Translations under genes and position numbers: made by a program
Shown here: one piece after another, positions 27,602 to 39,484 of the stretch
Layout of the letters: the number at the start of each line of letters is the position of its first letter
Position numbering within the stretch: the stretch's first letter is position 1
Assembly: GCA_045646625.1 (NCBI GenBank)
Contig: JAZRLB010000007.1
Location: 3,369-67,368, forward strand
Source of the DNA: Candidatus Enterousia sp.
GTDB taxonomy: Bacteria; Pseudomonadota; Alphaproteobacteria; Rs-D84
Length of the DNA: 64,000 nt
Reading direction: 5' to 3'
The notes under the pieces: generated by a model
The model's database searches: none
Told to the model about the DNA's origin: nothing
Seen by the model: the letters and a program-made list of their open reading frames with translations, nothing else

Positions 27602-28282
27602 ATGAAGCGTTCAATCTGGTTTTGGGTCTGTTTTGTTCTGTCCGTTGTTTTTGCGGTCTATTTCGCGTCGCGTGTTATTATGGTTGGAATGGGGTATGGC
27701 AATATGGCGCGTGTGCGTAATATTTCTGTTTCGGCGGATAAAAAAGATAAAGATTTATCAGCAATTGCAGTGGCGGCTTCGGTTGCGCCGGGAACGCGTG
27801 CTTATTCTGTGGATTTGAATCAGATGAATGCAAAAATTGCAGCTGTGCCGGGGGTCAAAGACAGTGCAGTGCGCAGATTGTCAAATGGTAATCTTGTGGT
27901 GCGGGTGACGCTGCATACGGCGGTGGCGCTGTGGACGGATGGCGAACATTATTTTCCTTTGTCGGCCGATGGTACAATTGTAAATAAGCCAACTGATGTG
28001 CGTGATGATACACATGTTGTTTTTCGTGGCGTGGTGCCAAATGATATTGCAGAAATTACCAAGGCGGCACATAACTTTGTCGGTCGATTGGATTATCTGG
28101 AATGGATAGAAGGAAGACGTTGGAATTTGTATACGATGAATGGGATTGTTGTAATGTTGCCAGAACGTGACCCACTGGGGGCGATTGCTTCGTTGGTGAC
28201 ATTGAATAATAATCACAAAATCTTGGACCGTGATATCAGTGTTCTTGATATGCGGGACGAAGCACGAATTTTAGTTAAATAA
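27602..28282 (+). CDS. ftsQ: Cell division protein FtsQ/DivIB
   Basis: N-terminal TM, POTRA (V..VRR....L.V.V), RRWNL, LDMR. Confidence 0.85.
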   Translation: MKRSIWFWVCFVLSVVFAVYFASRVIMVGMGYGNMARVRNISVSADKKDKDLSAIAVAASVAPGTRAYSVDLNQMNAKIAAVPGVKDSAVRRLSNGNLVVRVTLHTAVALWTDGEHYFPLSADGTIVNKPTDVRDDTHVVFRGVVPNDIAEITKAAHNFVGRLDYLEWIEGRRWNLYTMNGIVVMLPERDPLGAIASLVTLNNNHKILDRDISVLDMRDEARILVK

Positions 28283-28285
28283 GAT

Positions 28286-30064
28286 ATGAATTTATTTGAT
28301 TCTGCTTTTCTGTGTTTGGATATTGGCACATATGGTGTGCGCGGTATTGCGCATCGTGTGCGCAGCGCACGTATTGATCAGTCTGCATACTTTGCAGTTG
28401 ATAGTTCTGATACTGTGTTCGCAATAAAAAAAGTTGTAGATGAACTGGAAAAACAGCTGTCTGTGCGTTTTGGTTCGGCATATGTGACGGGGAATTTTGG
28501 GGAATCAAAATATGAAATGTCGGCTAAAAGTACGGTTTGGAACGGTGAACATAAAATCACAGCCGCTGATGTGCGAAATCAAATTACCCAGATTGTGCCG
28601 CCTGATGGTTTCTTTCCTATGCATATTGTGCCGTTGAGATATTATTCGAACCAGGCACGTGATATGAAGACACCTGTTGGTCATGTGGACAGACAATTAG
28701 TGTCCGTGTTTGGAAATATATTTTATTCGCGTGCTGGTGTTGATGCGGTTTTTGAAAAACTGCGTGGGGCGCATATTCAGGCAGATGCAATGTTTGATCC
28801 GCAATTTATTCAAAGTGAAATGTGTCGTGCGGAAAATCAGACAACTATGTTTATAGATTTTGGTGCCGAATATACGTCGGCTTCAATCTGGACCAATCGT
28901 GGACCAGTATGGCATACCAAAATTAATATGGGGGGGGCACATATTACAAATGCAATATGTGAAAAACTGAAAATCAATACGGATGATGCCGACAGAATCA
29001 AGCGCGTGGTGGCGTCATTAATACCAAAAGAAATGGATAGGTTTGCGCCCGCGGATAGGGAATATGATTTTACGCGTGGTGATGTAAACGATATTGTGTT
29101 GCCTGTGTTGATTGATATTATTGGGCAATTGAAAAATCAATGTGCGGCATCGTTTGCAAAGCACAGGCCAAGTAAAATTATTCTGATGGGGGGTGGGGCA
29201 GAAACAGAAGGTTTGCGTGATTTTATAGAAAATGCCTTTGCAATAGTGACAGAAGTGTTGCCGATTGATGCGACGGTGCGGGCATTGGCGGATTGGATTT
29301 GGCAATCAGAAGAAGCGCACAGAAAAAGTTATGTTGCACGTCGCGAACGCTGGGGGCAACGTACAAAATGGATGTCCAAGTTGTTCAGAAAAAAGGCAAA
29401 AAAGGTTAAAAAATTTATCCCAATATTGCCCAGCAGTCTGTGTTTTGATATGCGACGACCTGATACATATACGTTGTTTAAGTCGGGTGGAATATCAATG
29501 ATTCATGTTGATATTATGGATGGTTTTTATGTGGATAGGGTGTCAGGTAGTATAGATGAATTAAAGACAATTCGTGCGCGGACAAATGCGTTTTTGCATG
29601 TGCATTTGATGACGGAAAGTCCTGTTGTTTGGGCTGATGATGCGATTGCGGCGGGTGCAGATACAGTGATTTTATCAACGAATACTTCGGGGTTAAAGAC
29701 GGCGATACATAATGTTCGTGCAGCAGGACGTCGTGTTGGTGTGGCGTTGAATCCGAATTCATCGGTGACCTTGTTGACACCGATTTTGCGCGAGATAGAT
29801 GAGGTTATGGTTATGGCGGTTGCGCCAGGGGCAGCGGGGCAACCGTTTGATCCAGATGTGTTGCGCAAGATTTCTATTTTGGCCGGGACGCGAAAAAAAT
29901 ATGGATTAAAGTTTATTATTTCTGTTGATGGTGGAATTAATGAAACGACGGCGCGCTTATGTTGGGACGCGGGGGCCGATTGGCTGGTGTCTGGGTCGTA
30001 TCTGGCGTGTGCACCAGATTTTCCGTTGGCGGTGCAAAGTTTGATGAAAAAGAATGCTGAATAA
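28286..30064 (+). CDS. ftsA: Fusion of FtsA-like actin ATPase and ribulose-phosphate 3-epimerase
   Basis: LDIGT, IDFGAEYT, MGG.HIT, LMGGGA; then HVDIMDG, HLM, ALNP, SVDGGIN, VSGS (Rpe). Confidence 0.85.
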   Translation: MNLFDSAFLCLDIGTYGVRGIAHRVRSARIDQSAYFAVDSSDTVFAIKKVVDELEKQLSVRFGSAYVTGNFGESKYEMSAKSTVWNGEHKITAADVRNQITQIVPPDGFFPMHIVPLRYYSNQARDMKTPVGHVDRQLVSVFGNIFYSRAGVDAVFEKLRGAHIQADAMFDPQFIQSEMCRAENQTTMFIDFGAEYTSASIWTNRGPVWHTKINMGGAHITNAICEKLKINTDDADRIKRVVASLIPKEMDRFAPADREYDFTRGDVNDIVLPVLIDIIGQLKNQCAASFAKHRPSKIILMGGGAETEGLRDFIENAFAIVTEVLPIDATVRALADWIWQSEEAHRKSYVARRERWGQRTKWMSKLFRKKAKKVKKFIPILPSSLCFDMRRPDTYTLFKSGGISMIHVDIMDGFYVDRVSGSIDELKTIRARTNAFLHVHLMTESPVVWADDAIAAGADTVILSTNTSGLKTAIHNVRAAGRRVGVALNPNSSVTLLTPILREIDEVMVMAVAPGAAGQPFDPDVLRKISILAGTRKKYGLKFIISVDGGINETTARLCWDAGADWLVSGSYLACAPDFPLAVQSLMKKNAE

Positions 30065-30108
30065 ATCAGGCCCCGTTTTGGGGCCGTTGATTTTTTATTG
30101 TTGGATAT

Positions 30109-30678
30109 TTATACCATAAACGGCAGGTTTTCCAATGTTCCTTCGGCAACACGGACGTTTACGTCAATCATCATAAAGACAGAATCTGGTGTGCGCAGGG
30201 CGTGGTCTGCAAATATGTTAGAGTCCAGAAGATGGCTGGTATTGACGGACAATTTTGTAATCAAATGATCGTCGTCAAGAAGTGTGTAAATAGGACCAAT
30301 GTCACGTGGTGTGTTTGCGCCAATTTCGTGTTCGTTTTGTGGACAACGCAGTCCGTCCATAATAGTCTTTACGCGGTTGTCGATATCAGAACGCGGAACA
30401 CCAACGATTTCAGGGTGCAGCATTTGGATGTCCAGTTCTGCAATTAATTTCAGGTTTGGGGTGATAATTGGATTCCAATCAATGCCGCCAACGTGACGTG
30501 TGGTGATGGGGCTTTTGGTTGGGTTTGGTACCATATATTTTGTTAGGTTGTTCCAAGGGCTGTGTTCAACCAGTTTCTTTAACTGGGGGTGAAATTGCAT
30601 ACGGATGTCCGCAATGTGTTGGGCGCGTTTTTTTGGGTTAATTAAAATGTCGCCAAAATAAAGTAGTTTGAATTTCAT
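30109..30678 (-). CDS. Hypothetical protein with RusA-like acidic motifs
   Basis: DIDNRVKTIMDGL and LLDDDHLI resemble the RusA D-x-D-N-x-x-K...DD motifs. Confidence 0.6.
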   Translation of the reverse strand: MKFKLLYFGDILINPKKRAQHIADIRMQFHPQLKKLVEHSPWNNLTKYMVPNPTKSPITTRHVGGIDWNPIITPNLKLIAELDIQMLHPEIVGVPRSDIDNRVKTIMDGLRCPQNEHEIGANTPRDIGPIYTLLDDDHLITKLSVNTSHLLDSNIFADHALRTPDSVFMMIDVNVRVAEGTLENLPFMV

Positions 30679-30679
30679 A

Positions 30680-30925
30680 TTAGTCCCTTTGGTTGGAATC
30701 TTGGGTTATCATATCCAGTATCAATTTTTCCGCGCGTGGGTGGATATAGTCCGAACCTGAATTGTGAGATTTGCGGTTGCGGATAATGTACGGCGTCAAT
30801 GTACCCGGCATATTAACACCGCGCAGTCGGCGTATCATTTGTTCCACTTTTTCTTTGCCGACATTATACTTTTTTGCGTATTTGTGCGCAGTTAAAAAGT
30901 CGGATTTAGTAAATGGTTCTGTCAT
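30680..30925 (-). CDS. Small basic hypothetical protein, possibly HTH
   Basis: 81 aa, 1 nt from the RusA-like gene. Confidence 0.6.
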   Translation of the reverse strand: MTEPFTKSDFLTAHKYAKKYNVGKEKVEQMIRRLRGVNMPGTLTPYIIRNRKSHNSGSDYIHPRAEKLILDMITQDSNQRD

Positions 30926-31001
30926 ATTTTTTATCCCTTTTTTCTTGCTAATTATAGCATAAATTGCTATGTTTTACATAGAAAAAAGAAAGGAATGTTA
31001 A

Positions 31002-33401
<2,400 letters not shown>

Positions 33402-33450
33402 TGTTGTGGCGCGGATTTCCGCGCCATAAAATTACAAAAAGGTTATATTT

Positions 33451-33744
33451 ATGGCAGATGGAATTGTAAATCGGGGCAAGTCTAGAAAAGATATACTAAC
33501 CGAAGAAATGCATAAATTAGAGACCGAAATAGAATCCTATGGTTCGGCCGTGTCAGATGCGCAAATTTGGCATAAAAAAGCCAGAATTGAACAGATAAAA
33601 AAAGAACTGGCCCAGTTGGAATCGCCTGTAAATAAATTTAATATGGGGGCTGAGAAACTGCAGGAAATGATGGCTGCAAAAGAACAAGCGGGAATGCAAT
33701 TGACGCCCGAACAAATGGCCGCAATGGCGGGTGGGCGCGGGTAA
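33451..33744 (+). CDS. Orphan coiled-coil protein
   Basis: 97 aa, stop overlaps the next start (TAATG). Confidence 0.6.
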   Translation: MADGIVNRGKSRKDILTEEMHKLETEIESYGSAVSDAQIWHKKARIEQIKKELAQLESPVNKFNMGAEKLQEMMAAKEQAGMQLTPEQMAAMAGGRG

Positions 33745-34415
33745 TGGATTTTTCCAAGGAATGGTTTTTTGCGTTGGATGCAAAATTGCGTGCGCGTGGG
33801 GCGGACAGTGATGCACAGTCTTTTGACGAGATTTTGGAAAACATGCGCGCGCGAAAAATTTATGATGCAGATACATTTGCGTCGCATTGTGCCTATGTTA
33901 TTTTGGCGGGTGGTTTTTCACAACAAACTGCGAAAAAAATTCATGAAAAAATTATGAATTATGTGCGCGCGTCGGGTGCAGATTTTGATGTATTAATTCA
34001 AATGTTTAATAACAAAAATAAAATAAATGCGATTTGTAAAATTTGGAAAAATCGCAATTGTTTGCGTGATGGGTACTATGAATTAAAATCTTTGGATGAT
34101 AAATTAAAGTTTTTGCAAAAACTGCCGCATATTGGGAAAATTACCGCAAATCATTTGGCACGAAATCTGGGTGAAGATGTCGTAAAATATGATGTATGGA
34201 TTCAGCGGTTGGGGTGTGCGTTTGTTGGTAAAAAATTGCCAATTGATAATGGAAATTTATGTTCAGAAATAAAATCTGCCTGTGATGAAATGTTTGCGCA
34301 TTTGGTGCGTGAAACGGGTTTGCCACGTGGGTATATAGATGTTGTGTTATGGAAATCTTGTCAGGTAAAATTAATTTCTATGGACGATTACTTGCATAAA
34401 CCGCCGGTCATGTAG
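33744..34415 (+). CDS. HhH-GPD superfamily DNA glycosylase-like protein
   Basis: LQKLPHIGKITANHLARNLG...KYDVWIQR (HhH followed by an Asp); adjacent to ung. Confidence 0.6.
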   Translation: MDFSKEWFFALDAKLRARGADSDAQSFDEILENMRARKIYDADTFASHCAYVILAGGFSQQTAKKIHEKIMNYVRASGADFDVLIQMFNNKNKINAICKIWKNRNCLRDGYYELKSLDDKLKFLQKLPHIGKITANHLARNLGEDVVKYDVWIQRLGCAFVGKKLPIDNGNLCSEIKSACDEMFAHLVRETGLPRGYIDVVLWKSCQVKLISMDDYLHKPPVM

Positions 34416-34472
34416 CGAGTAGTACACTTCCTTTGGTTTGTGCGGCGTACTCGTCTCATATAAATTAATTTT
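34367..34472. repeat. ERIC/RPE-like palindromic unit overlapping a gene end
   Basis: AAAATTAATTT...AAATTAATTTT ends; core GTCATGTAGCGAGTAGTACACTTCC at 34407. Confidence 0.7.
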
Positions 34473-34497
34473 GAAGTTGGTTGAGGTTGATAAAGTT

Positions 34498-35160
34498 ATG
34501 AATGTGAAAATCGAACAATCTTGGAAGGATGCTTTGGGGGCGGAATTTGATAAAGAGTATTTTATCAAATTAACGGATTTTGTGCGCGCGGAATATTTGT
34601 CGGGGCGGGCGGTTTATCCTGCGCCACAGAATATTTTTAATGCGTTCAACCTGTGTCCGATTGATAAGGTCAAGGTTGTAATTATTGGTCAAGACCCATA
34701 TCACGAACCCGGTCAGGCGCACGGTCTTTGTTTTTCTGTTTTGCCACCAACACCTGTGCCACCATCATTAGTAAATATTTACAAGGAAATTGAATCTGAT
34801 TTAGGCAGAAAATCAATTACAAATGGTGATTTAACACATTGGGCAAACCAGGGTGTGTTGTTATTGAATTCAACATTAACTGTTAAGGCGCATCGGGCGG
34901 CATCCCATGCAGGACACGGTTGGGAAGAATTTACAGATGCGGTAATTAGGACCGTGTCAATGCGCGATAATATTGTTTATATGCTGTGGGGCAGTTATGC
35001 CCAGAAAAAGGCTGCGTTTGTAAGTCCTGATAATAACCTGGTTCTGAAAAGTGTGCATCCGTCGCCATTGTCGGCGTATCGTGGGTTCTTTGGGTGCAGG
35101 CATTTTAGTCGCGCAAACGAGTATTTGGAAAAAAATGGTAAATCACCAATTGAATGGTAA
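34498..35160 (+). CDS. ung: Uracil-DNA glycosylase family 1
   Basis: GQDPYH, QAHGL.FSV, PPSL.NI, GVLLLN, HPSPLS. Confidence 0.97.
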   Translation: MNVKIEQSWKDALGAEFDKEYFIKLTDFVRAEYLSGRAVYPAPQNIFNAFNLCPIDKVKVVIIGQDPYHEPGQAHGLCFSVLPPTPVPPSLVNIYKEIESDLGRKSITNGDLTHWANQGVLLLNSTLTVKAHRAASHAGHGWEEFTDAVIRTVSMRDNIVYMLWGSYAQKKAAFVSPDNNLVLKSVHPSPLSAYRGFFGCRHFSRANEYLEKNGKSPIEW

Positions 35161-35163
35161 ATA

Positions 35164-35188
35164 AAAATCCCGGTAAAATCGGGATTTT
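35164..35188. terminator. Bidirectional terminator
   Basis: AAAATCCCG-GTAAAAT-CGGGATTTT. Confidence 0.7.
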
Positions 35189-35341
35189 GTTTTGCAAACA
35201 TTGCATTTAGGGATGTGGGTTCGGGAACTGTTAAGAAAGTCCGCCGTTGTTTAGTGCAGTGTCCGCATTGTGCGCTTTTTGGTTTGCGCATATATATTAT
35301 GTAATATTTTTTTAGGATTTCCATGGGTAGGATTTCCCATT

Positions 35342-35728
35342 TTACATTGCGCGAAGCAGATATCCACGACGGAACATACATTTACGATACGCGCCAACCG
35401 ATTTTGATGTTGTGTTGCGTGGAACAGACATCAGACTGCGTTGACCAACGTCGCGATATTCGTTTGACTGAAATGTCACCCATAGGCCATCCCAGTCGGG
35501 CATTACGGCAGATTGATTTGGGGCAATCAATTTAGCAATACGGGATCGTGGCTGGTACGATGGTTTGTTTATGCCCAGGCACGCCTTGTGGTCGCGGACG
35601 AATTGTTCAGTGGTGACCGCTTCGTTTTCCCAGTTTAAAACCGTCGCATCATCAATACTGCCGCGGTTAACCGATGCGCAGGACGCTAGAAAAAGTGATA
35701 AAAAAATGGTCGGAAAATTTATTCTCAT
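35342..35728 (-). CDS. Hypothetical lipoprotein
   Basis: LASC lipobox; D...C and CM..RGY motifs. Confidence 0.7.
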   Translation of the reverse strand: MRINFPTIFLSLFLASCASVNRGSIDDATVLNWENEAVTTEQFVRDHKACLGINKPSYQPRSRIAKLIAPNQSAVMPDWDGLWVTFQSNEYRDVGQRSLMSVPRNTTSKSVGAYRKCMFRRGYLLRAM

Positions 35729-35805
35729 ACTTTATATTATAATTTAATTGCCTTTTGGTGGCAATAGTTTTTATAATGTGAAAAAAGAGAGAAGGAACAA
35801 CGTCT

Positions 35806-36129
35806 ATGGCAATTAGTGTGCAACAATTTATTAAGTTGGCAAATTATTATAATCAGACTGCAATGCTGATGTCTGCGATTTGTGTGCAAAAGGGCGGAAT
35901 TGCAATGGAAAACTATGTCGGACGTTTCTATATGGCCGATGTTTTGGAATATGTGGTGGAGTATGGACGACGTTTGCAGGCGCATAATGGGGTTGTGGCG
36001 CCGGAAATCACAGCGCTGATTAATCGGTTTTCTGCCCAATTTGAAAGGGTGCGCGATTTGGTGACGCCTACGCAGAAACCAATTCATGAAATGACGTTGG
36101 AGGAATTTGAAAGGTTGATGAATATCTGA
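35806..36129 (+). CDS. Hypothetical protein
   Basis: AAGGA upstream, 107 aa. Confidence 0.6.
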   Translation: MAISVQQFIKLANYYNQTAMLMSAICVQKGGIAMENYVGRFYMADVLEYVVEYGRRLQAHNGVVAPEITALINRFSAQFERVRDLVTPTQKPIHEMTLEEFERLMNI

Positions 36130-36140
36130 ATGCAAAGGAT

Positions 36141-37472
36141 GTGGAGATGAAGTATTTTAAATTTTTGTTTTATGTAATTTGTGTTGGGGGTGTTGTTGGT
36201 TGTGCGCAAACGCAGCAGTCACAAGATGTGCCGATGTATGATAATATCACGGTTGTAGATGAATTGGTGATTGATGAAAATTCTGTGCCAATTTTTCCAA
36301 AAAAGGCGGCATTGACCACGGATACTGCGCGTCGTTTTTCGGTTGAGTTGCCGATGCGTTGTGAAGTGGATTGGAATAATCAAAGCGTTGTCTCGGTGGT
36401 GCCAGCGGAAACAATCGAAATGGTGCGTCTGGGGGTTGGGGATGCGTTGCCGGATTTGCAGGTGTCGGATTATGAGTTCAAAGATTTAACGGTAAAAAAC
36501 GCACTGGAAAAATTATTGGATGGTACAGATATTTCTGTGATTGAAAAAGGGGCGTTGTATGAAAAAATTACGGGGACTATTTCTTCGGGGACGTTGGTAG
36601 ACGCGGTTGATTTGATGACTAAAATGGGGCGTGTGTATTATTCTTATGATGCGCAAAATGGCGAGTTGAATTTATCACATCGTGGAAAATGGTTGATAAA
36701 AATGCCGCAAGATCAGACTATTATTATGGCGTTGCTGGATGCAATGCATGGGGCAGATATGCGAAATCTGTTAGTGGATTGGGCGGATAAAACGGTTGTG
36801 TTCGAAGGAAATTATCAGACAGAACGTGAGGTTGCCAGGATAATTGCGGATATATCGGGTAAAAAATATATGTTGGCCTGGGATATTGATGTATATCGTG
36901 TGTATCCGCGTACAGATAACCCAATTGTGTGGATGAACTTGTTGCCTGCGTTCGGTGAAAAGAATATTAAAATGTCAATACCGGGTGTGGTTGGGCGCGC
37001 GCTGGTGGTAGGGCCAGAAATTAATACAAAAACATTGCAAGAATTTTTGGGGCAGCAGTCAAATGTTGTTCTGATTTCCCAGGGTACATTCGCGATTCCA
37101 AATGGATGGCAGTCGCGTTTCGATATTGGGCAATGTGGGCGAGAGGAAAGACTGGAAACTGATTTGATTGTTGGGGCAACGGGAACCTATGGTGATTTCG
37201 GTGGCAGGGATAAAATTGATGCCAGGATTGTTCTGCGCACCAGTCAGGGAGAATTGAGTTCGTTTAATATTCCATCAAGTGTTGGTGATAACTATGTAAT
37301 TATTGGTATTCCTACACATTCTTTTGTGACCACGCCAGAGACATTGGTGTCGCCATTTGCAGAATTGGTGGTGTTTATGTCGCCGCGTGTGATTTCAATC
37401 GCAGATAATGCCGGGGTTGCACAGTCAAATGAACTGATTGGTGATGCGCTGCGCGATTATTTACAGGAATAG
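36141..37472 (+). CDS. Lipoprotein with a possible divergent secretin (PilN/BfpB-like) architecture
   Basis: VVGC lipobox; STN-like VKNALEKLLDGTDI; C-terminal ELVVFMSPRVI. Confidence 0.5.
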   Translation: MEMKYFKFLFYVICVGGVVGCAQTQQSQDVPMYDNITVVDELVIDENSVPIFPKKAALTTDTARRFSVELPMRCEVDWNNQSVVSVVPAETIEMVRLGVGDALPDLQVSDYEFKDLTVKNALEKLLDGTDISVIEKGALYEKITGTISSGTLVDAVDLMTKMGRVYYSYDAQNGELNLSHRGKWLIKMPQDQTIIMALLDAMHGADMRNLLVDWADKTVVFEGNYQTEREVARIIADISGKKYMLAWDIDVYRVYPRTDNPIVWMNLLPAFGEKNIKMSIPGVVGRALVVGPEINTKTLQEFLGQQSNVVLISQGTFAIPNGWQSRFDIGQCGREERLETDLIVGATGTYGDFGGRDKIDARIVLRTSQGELSSFNIPSSVGDNYVIIGIPTHSFVTTPETLVSPFAELVVFMSPRVISIADNAGVAQSNELIGDALRDYLQE

Positions 37473-37484
37473 GGAAAGTGAAGT

Positions 37485-38738
37485 ATGTTTTCAAAATTAG
37501 AACGTAAGATTGCATTTAGATATCTGGGGGCCAAAAAACGTGGGTTTGGTTCTGTGATTTCGTGGGTGTCGTTGATTGGTATTATGCTGGGGGTGGCGAC
37601 GCTGATTGTGGTGATGTCGGTTATGGGTGGTTTTCACGATACTTTGTTGGGGCGTATTGTGGGTATGAATGGACACGTTGTTGTGTATCATCAAGATGGG
37701 GCGATTTCTGATTTTGACTTTTTGATTGATAAAATGAAACAGAACAAGGTTGTTGTGCAGCGTGTTAATTCAATCGTGCCAATTGCCGAAGGTCAGGTGA
37801 TGGCCACTGCCAATGGGAATAATACTGGGGCAATGGTGCGCGGAATTCGTATGTCTGATTTGTCGGCAAAAACCCAGAACGGTACGCGTATTTATGGCAA
37901 GGATTTGTCGGCGATAACAGATGGTGAATTGGTTGCAGGGGCGTCGTTGACGCGGGCATTGCGTGTTGGTATGGGGGACAGTATTTCGTTGGTGTCCGCA
38001 AATAATGCGACGCCCACGCCGTTTGGGTCTATGCCACGTATTATGTCGTATCCGGTGAAAAGTTCGTTCTTTATGGGGATGTATGAATATGATTCAGGAT
38101 ATATTTTTATGCCGCTGGAAACCGCGCAAAAGTATTTGAATATTGGTAATTCGGTGACGCATATTGATTTGTTCTTGGATAATCCAGAAGACACGACTGT
38201 GGTTGTTGAATCTTTGGCGCGATTGTTGCCAGATGGGTTCGTGGTGCGTGATTGGCGCGATTTAAATCGTGGATTCGTTGGCGCGTTGCAGGTTGAATCA
38301 AATGTTATGTTTTTAATCTTGTTGCTGATTGTTATTGTTGCGGCATTTAATATTGTGTCGTCGTTGGTGATGCTGGTAAAAGATAAAAATAAAGATATCG
38401 CAGTATTGCGTACGTTCGGAGTGTCACGTAAATCTATGATGAAAATATTTGTTTTGTCGGGTACGTCTATTGGTGTGATTGGGGCGTTCTTTGGTACGAT
38501 AATTGGGGTACTGGTGGCGATTTATGTAGAACCAATTCGCCAGTTTTTCCAATGGATAACTGGGCGTGATTTATTTCCGGCAGAACTGTATTATTTGTCT
38601 GAATTGCCGTCAAAACTGGTCTGGATGGATGTTTTGGGAATTGCGCTGATTGCAATATTGTTGGCTTTCTTGGCAACGTTGTACCCAGCGTGGAAGGCGG
38701 CAAATACAGACCCGGTAGAGGTATTAAGAAATGAATAA
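37485..38738 (+). CDS. lolC: Lipoprotein-releasing ABC permease LolC/E
   Basis: IAFRYL, GVATLIVVMSVMGGF, VAAFNIVSSLVMLVKDK, LATLYPAWKAA..DP. Confidence 0.93.
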   Translation: MFSKLERKIAFRYLGAKKRGFGSVISWVSLIGIMLGVATLIVVMSVMGGFHDTLLGRIVGMNGHVVVYHQDGAISDFDFLIDKMKQNKVVVQRVNSIVPIAEGQVMATANGNNTGAMVRGIRMSDLSAKTQNGTRIYGKDLSAITDGELVAGASLTRALRVGMGDSISLVSANNATPTPFGSMPRIMSYPVKSSFFMGMYEYDSGYIFMPLETAQKYLNIGNSVTHIDLFLDNPEDTTVVVESLARLLPDGFVVRDWRDLNRGFVGALQVESNVMFLILLLIVIVAAFNIVSSLVMLVKDKNKDIAVLRTFGVSRKSMMKIFVLSGTSIGVIGAFFGTIIGVLVAIYVEPIRQFFQWITGRDLFPAELYYLSELPSKLVWMDVLGIALIAILLAFLATLYPAWKAANTDPVEVLRNE

Positions 38739-38750
38739 AGAGAGTATGAC

Positions 38751-39461
38751 GTGGCGAATATTTTGAATTCTTTATCAAAAGTGCAAGTCGGTGATGTGGT
38801 GATGTCGGTGCGTGATATTAAACGGACCTTTGTCGAAGGTGGCCAGCCTTTGCATATTCTGCGTGGGGGTGGATTTGATCTGCATCGTGGTGAAATTATT
38901 GCACTGGTCGGGGCATCGGGGTCGGGTAAGTCGACGTTGTTGCAATGTGTGGGTTTGCTGGACAAGCCAAGTGGTGGCAGTATTTTAATTAATGAAATGC
39001 CAGTGCAAAAGATGGATGAAGATATGCGTACCCAAATCCGACGCAAGAAAATTGGATTTGTGTATCAAAAGCATAATTTGTTGGCAGATTTTACGGCGCT
39101 GGAAAATGTTATGTTGCCAATGTTGGCAAATGGGGTGGATGAAAATGTGGCGCTGGGGCGGGCGATGAAGCTGTTAAGGGCCGCAAATGTCGCGCACAGG
39201 GCGTCGCATGTTCCCGGGGAAATGAGTGGTGGCGAACAACAACGCACCGCCGTTGCACGCGCGTTGGCAAATGGGCCAGATATTTTATTGGCAGATGAAC
39301 CAACGGGCAGTCTGGACCCAATGCATGCAGGTGCAGTGTTTGATTTACTGATGGATTTGGTGCGAAAAAATAAAATGGCAATGCTGTTTGTGACGCATGA
39401 TATGAATCTGGCGTCGCGTGCCGACAGAACAATTACCATTGACAATGGGATTGTGGTATAA
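38751..39461 (+). CDS. lolD: Lipoprotein-releasing ABC ATPase
   Basis: GASGSGKST, IGFVYQ.HNLL.DFTALENV, SGGEQQR, ADEPTG. Confidence 0.93.
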   Translation: MANILNSLSKVQVGDVVMSVRDIKRTFVEGGQPLHILRGGGFDLHRGEIIALVGASGSGKSTLLQCVGLLDKPSGGSILINEMPVQKMDEDMRTQIRRKKIGFVYQKHNLLADFTALENVMLPMLANGVDENVALGRAMKLLRAANVAHRASHVPGEMSGGEQQRTAVARALANGPDILLADEPTGSLDPMHAGAVFDLLMDLVRKNKMAMLFVTHDMNLASRADRTITIDNGIVV

Positions 39462-39484
39462 TGAAAAAATAAAAGGAGAGAGAG

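Noticed and set aside
35230-35245. RNase P RNA (GAAAGTCC motif)
   Set aside because: The spacer is too short and lacks the 3' ACAGAA..CGGCTTA-type partner motif
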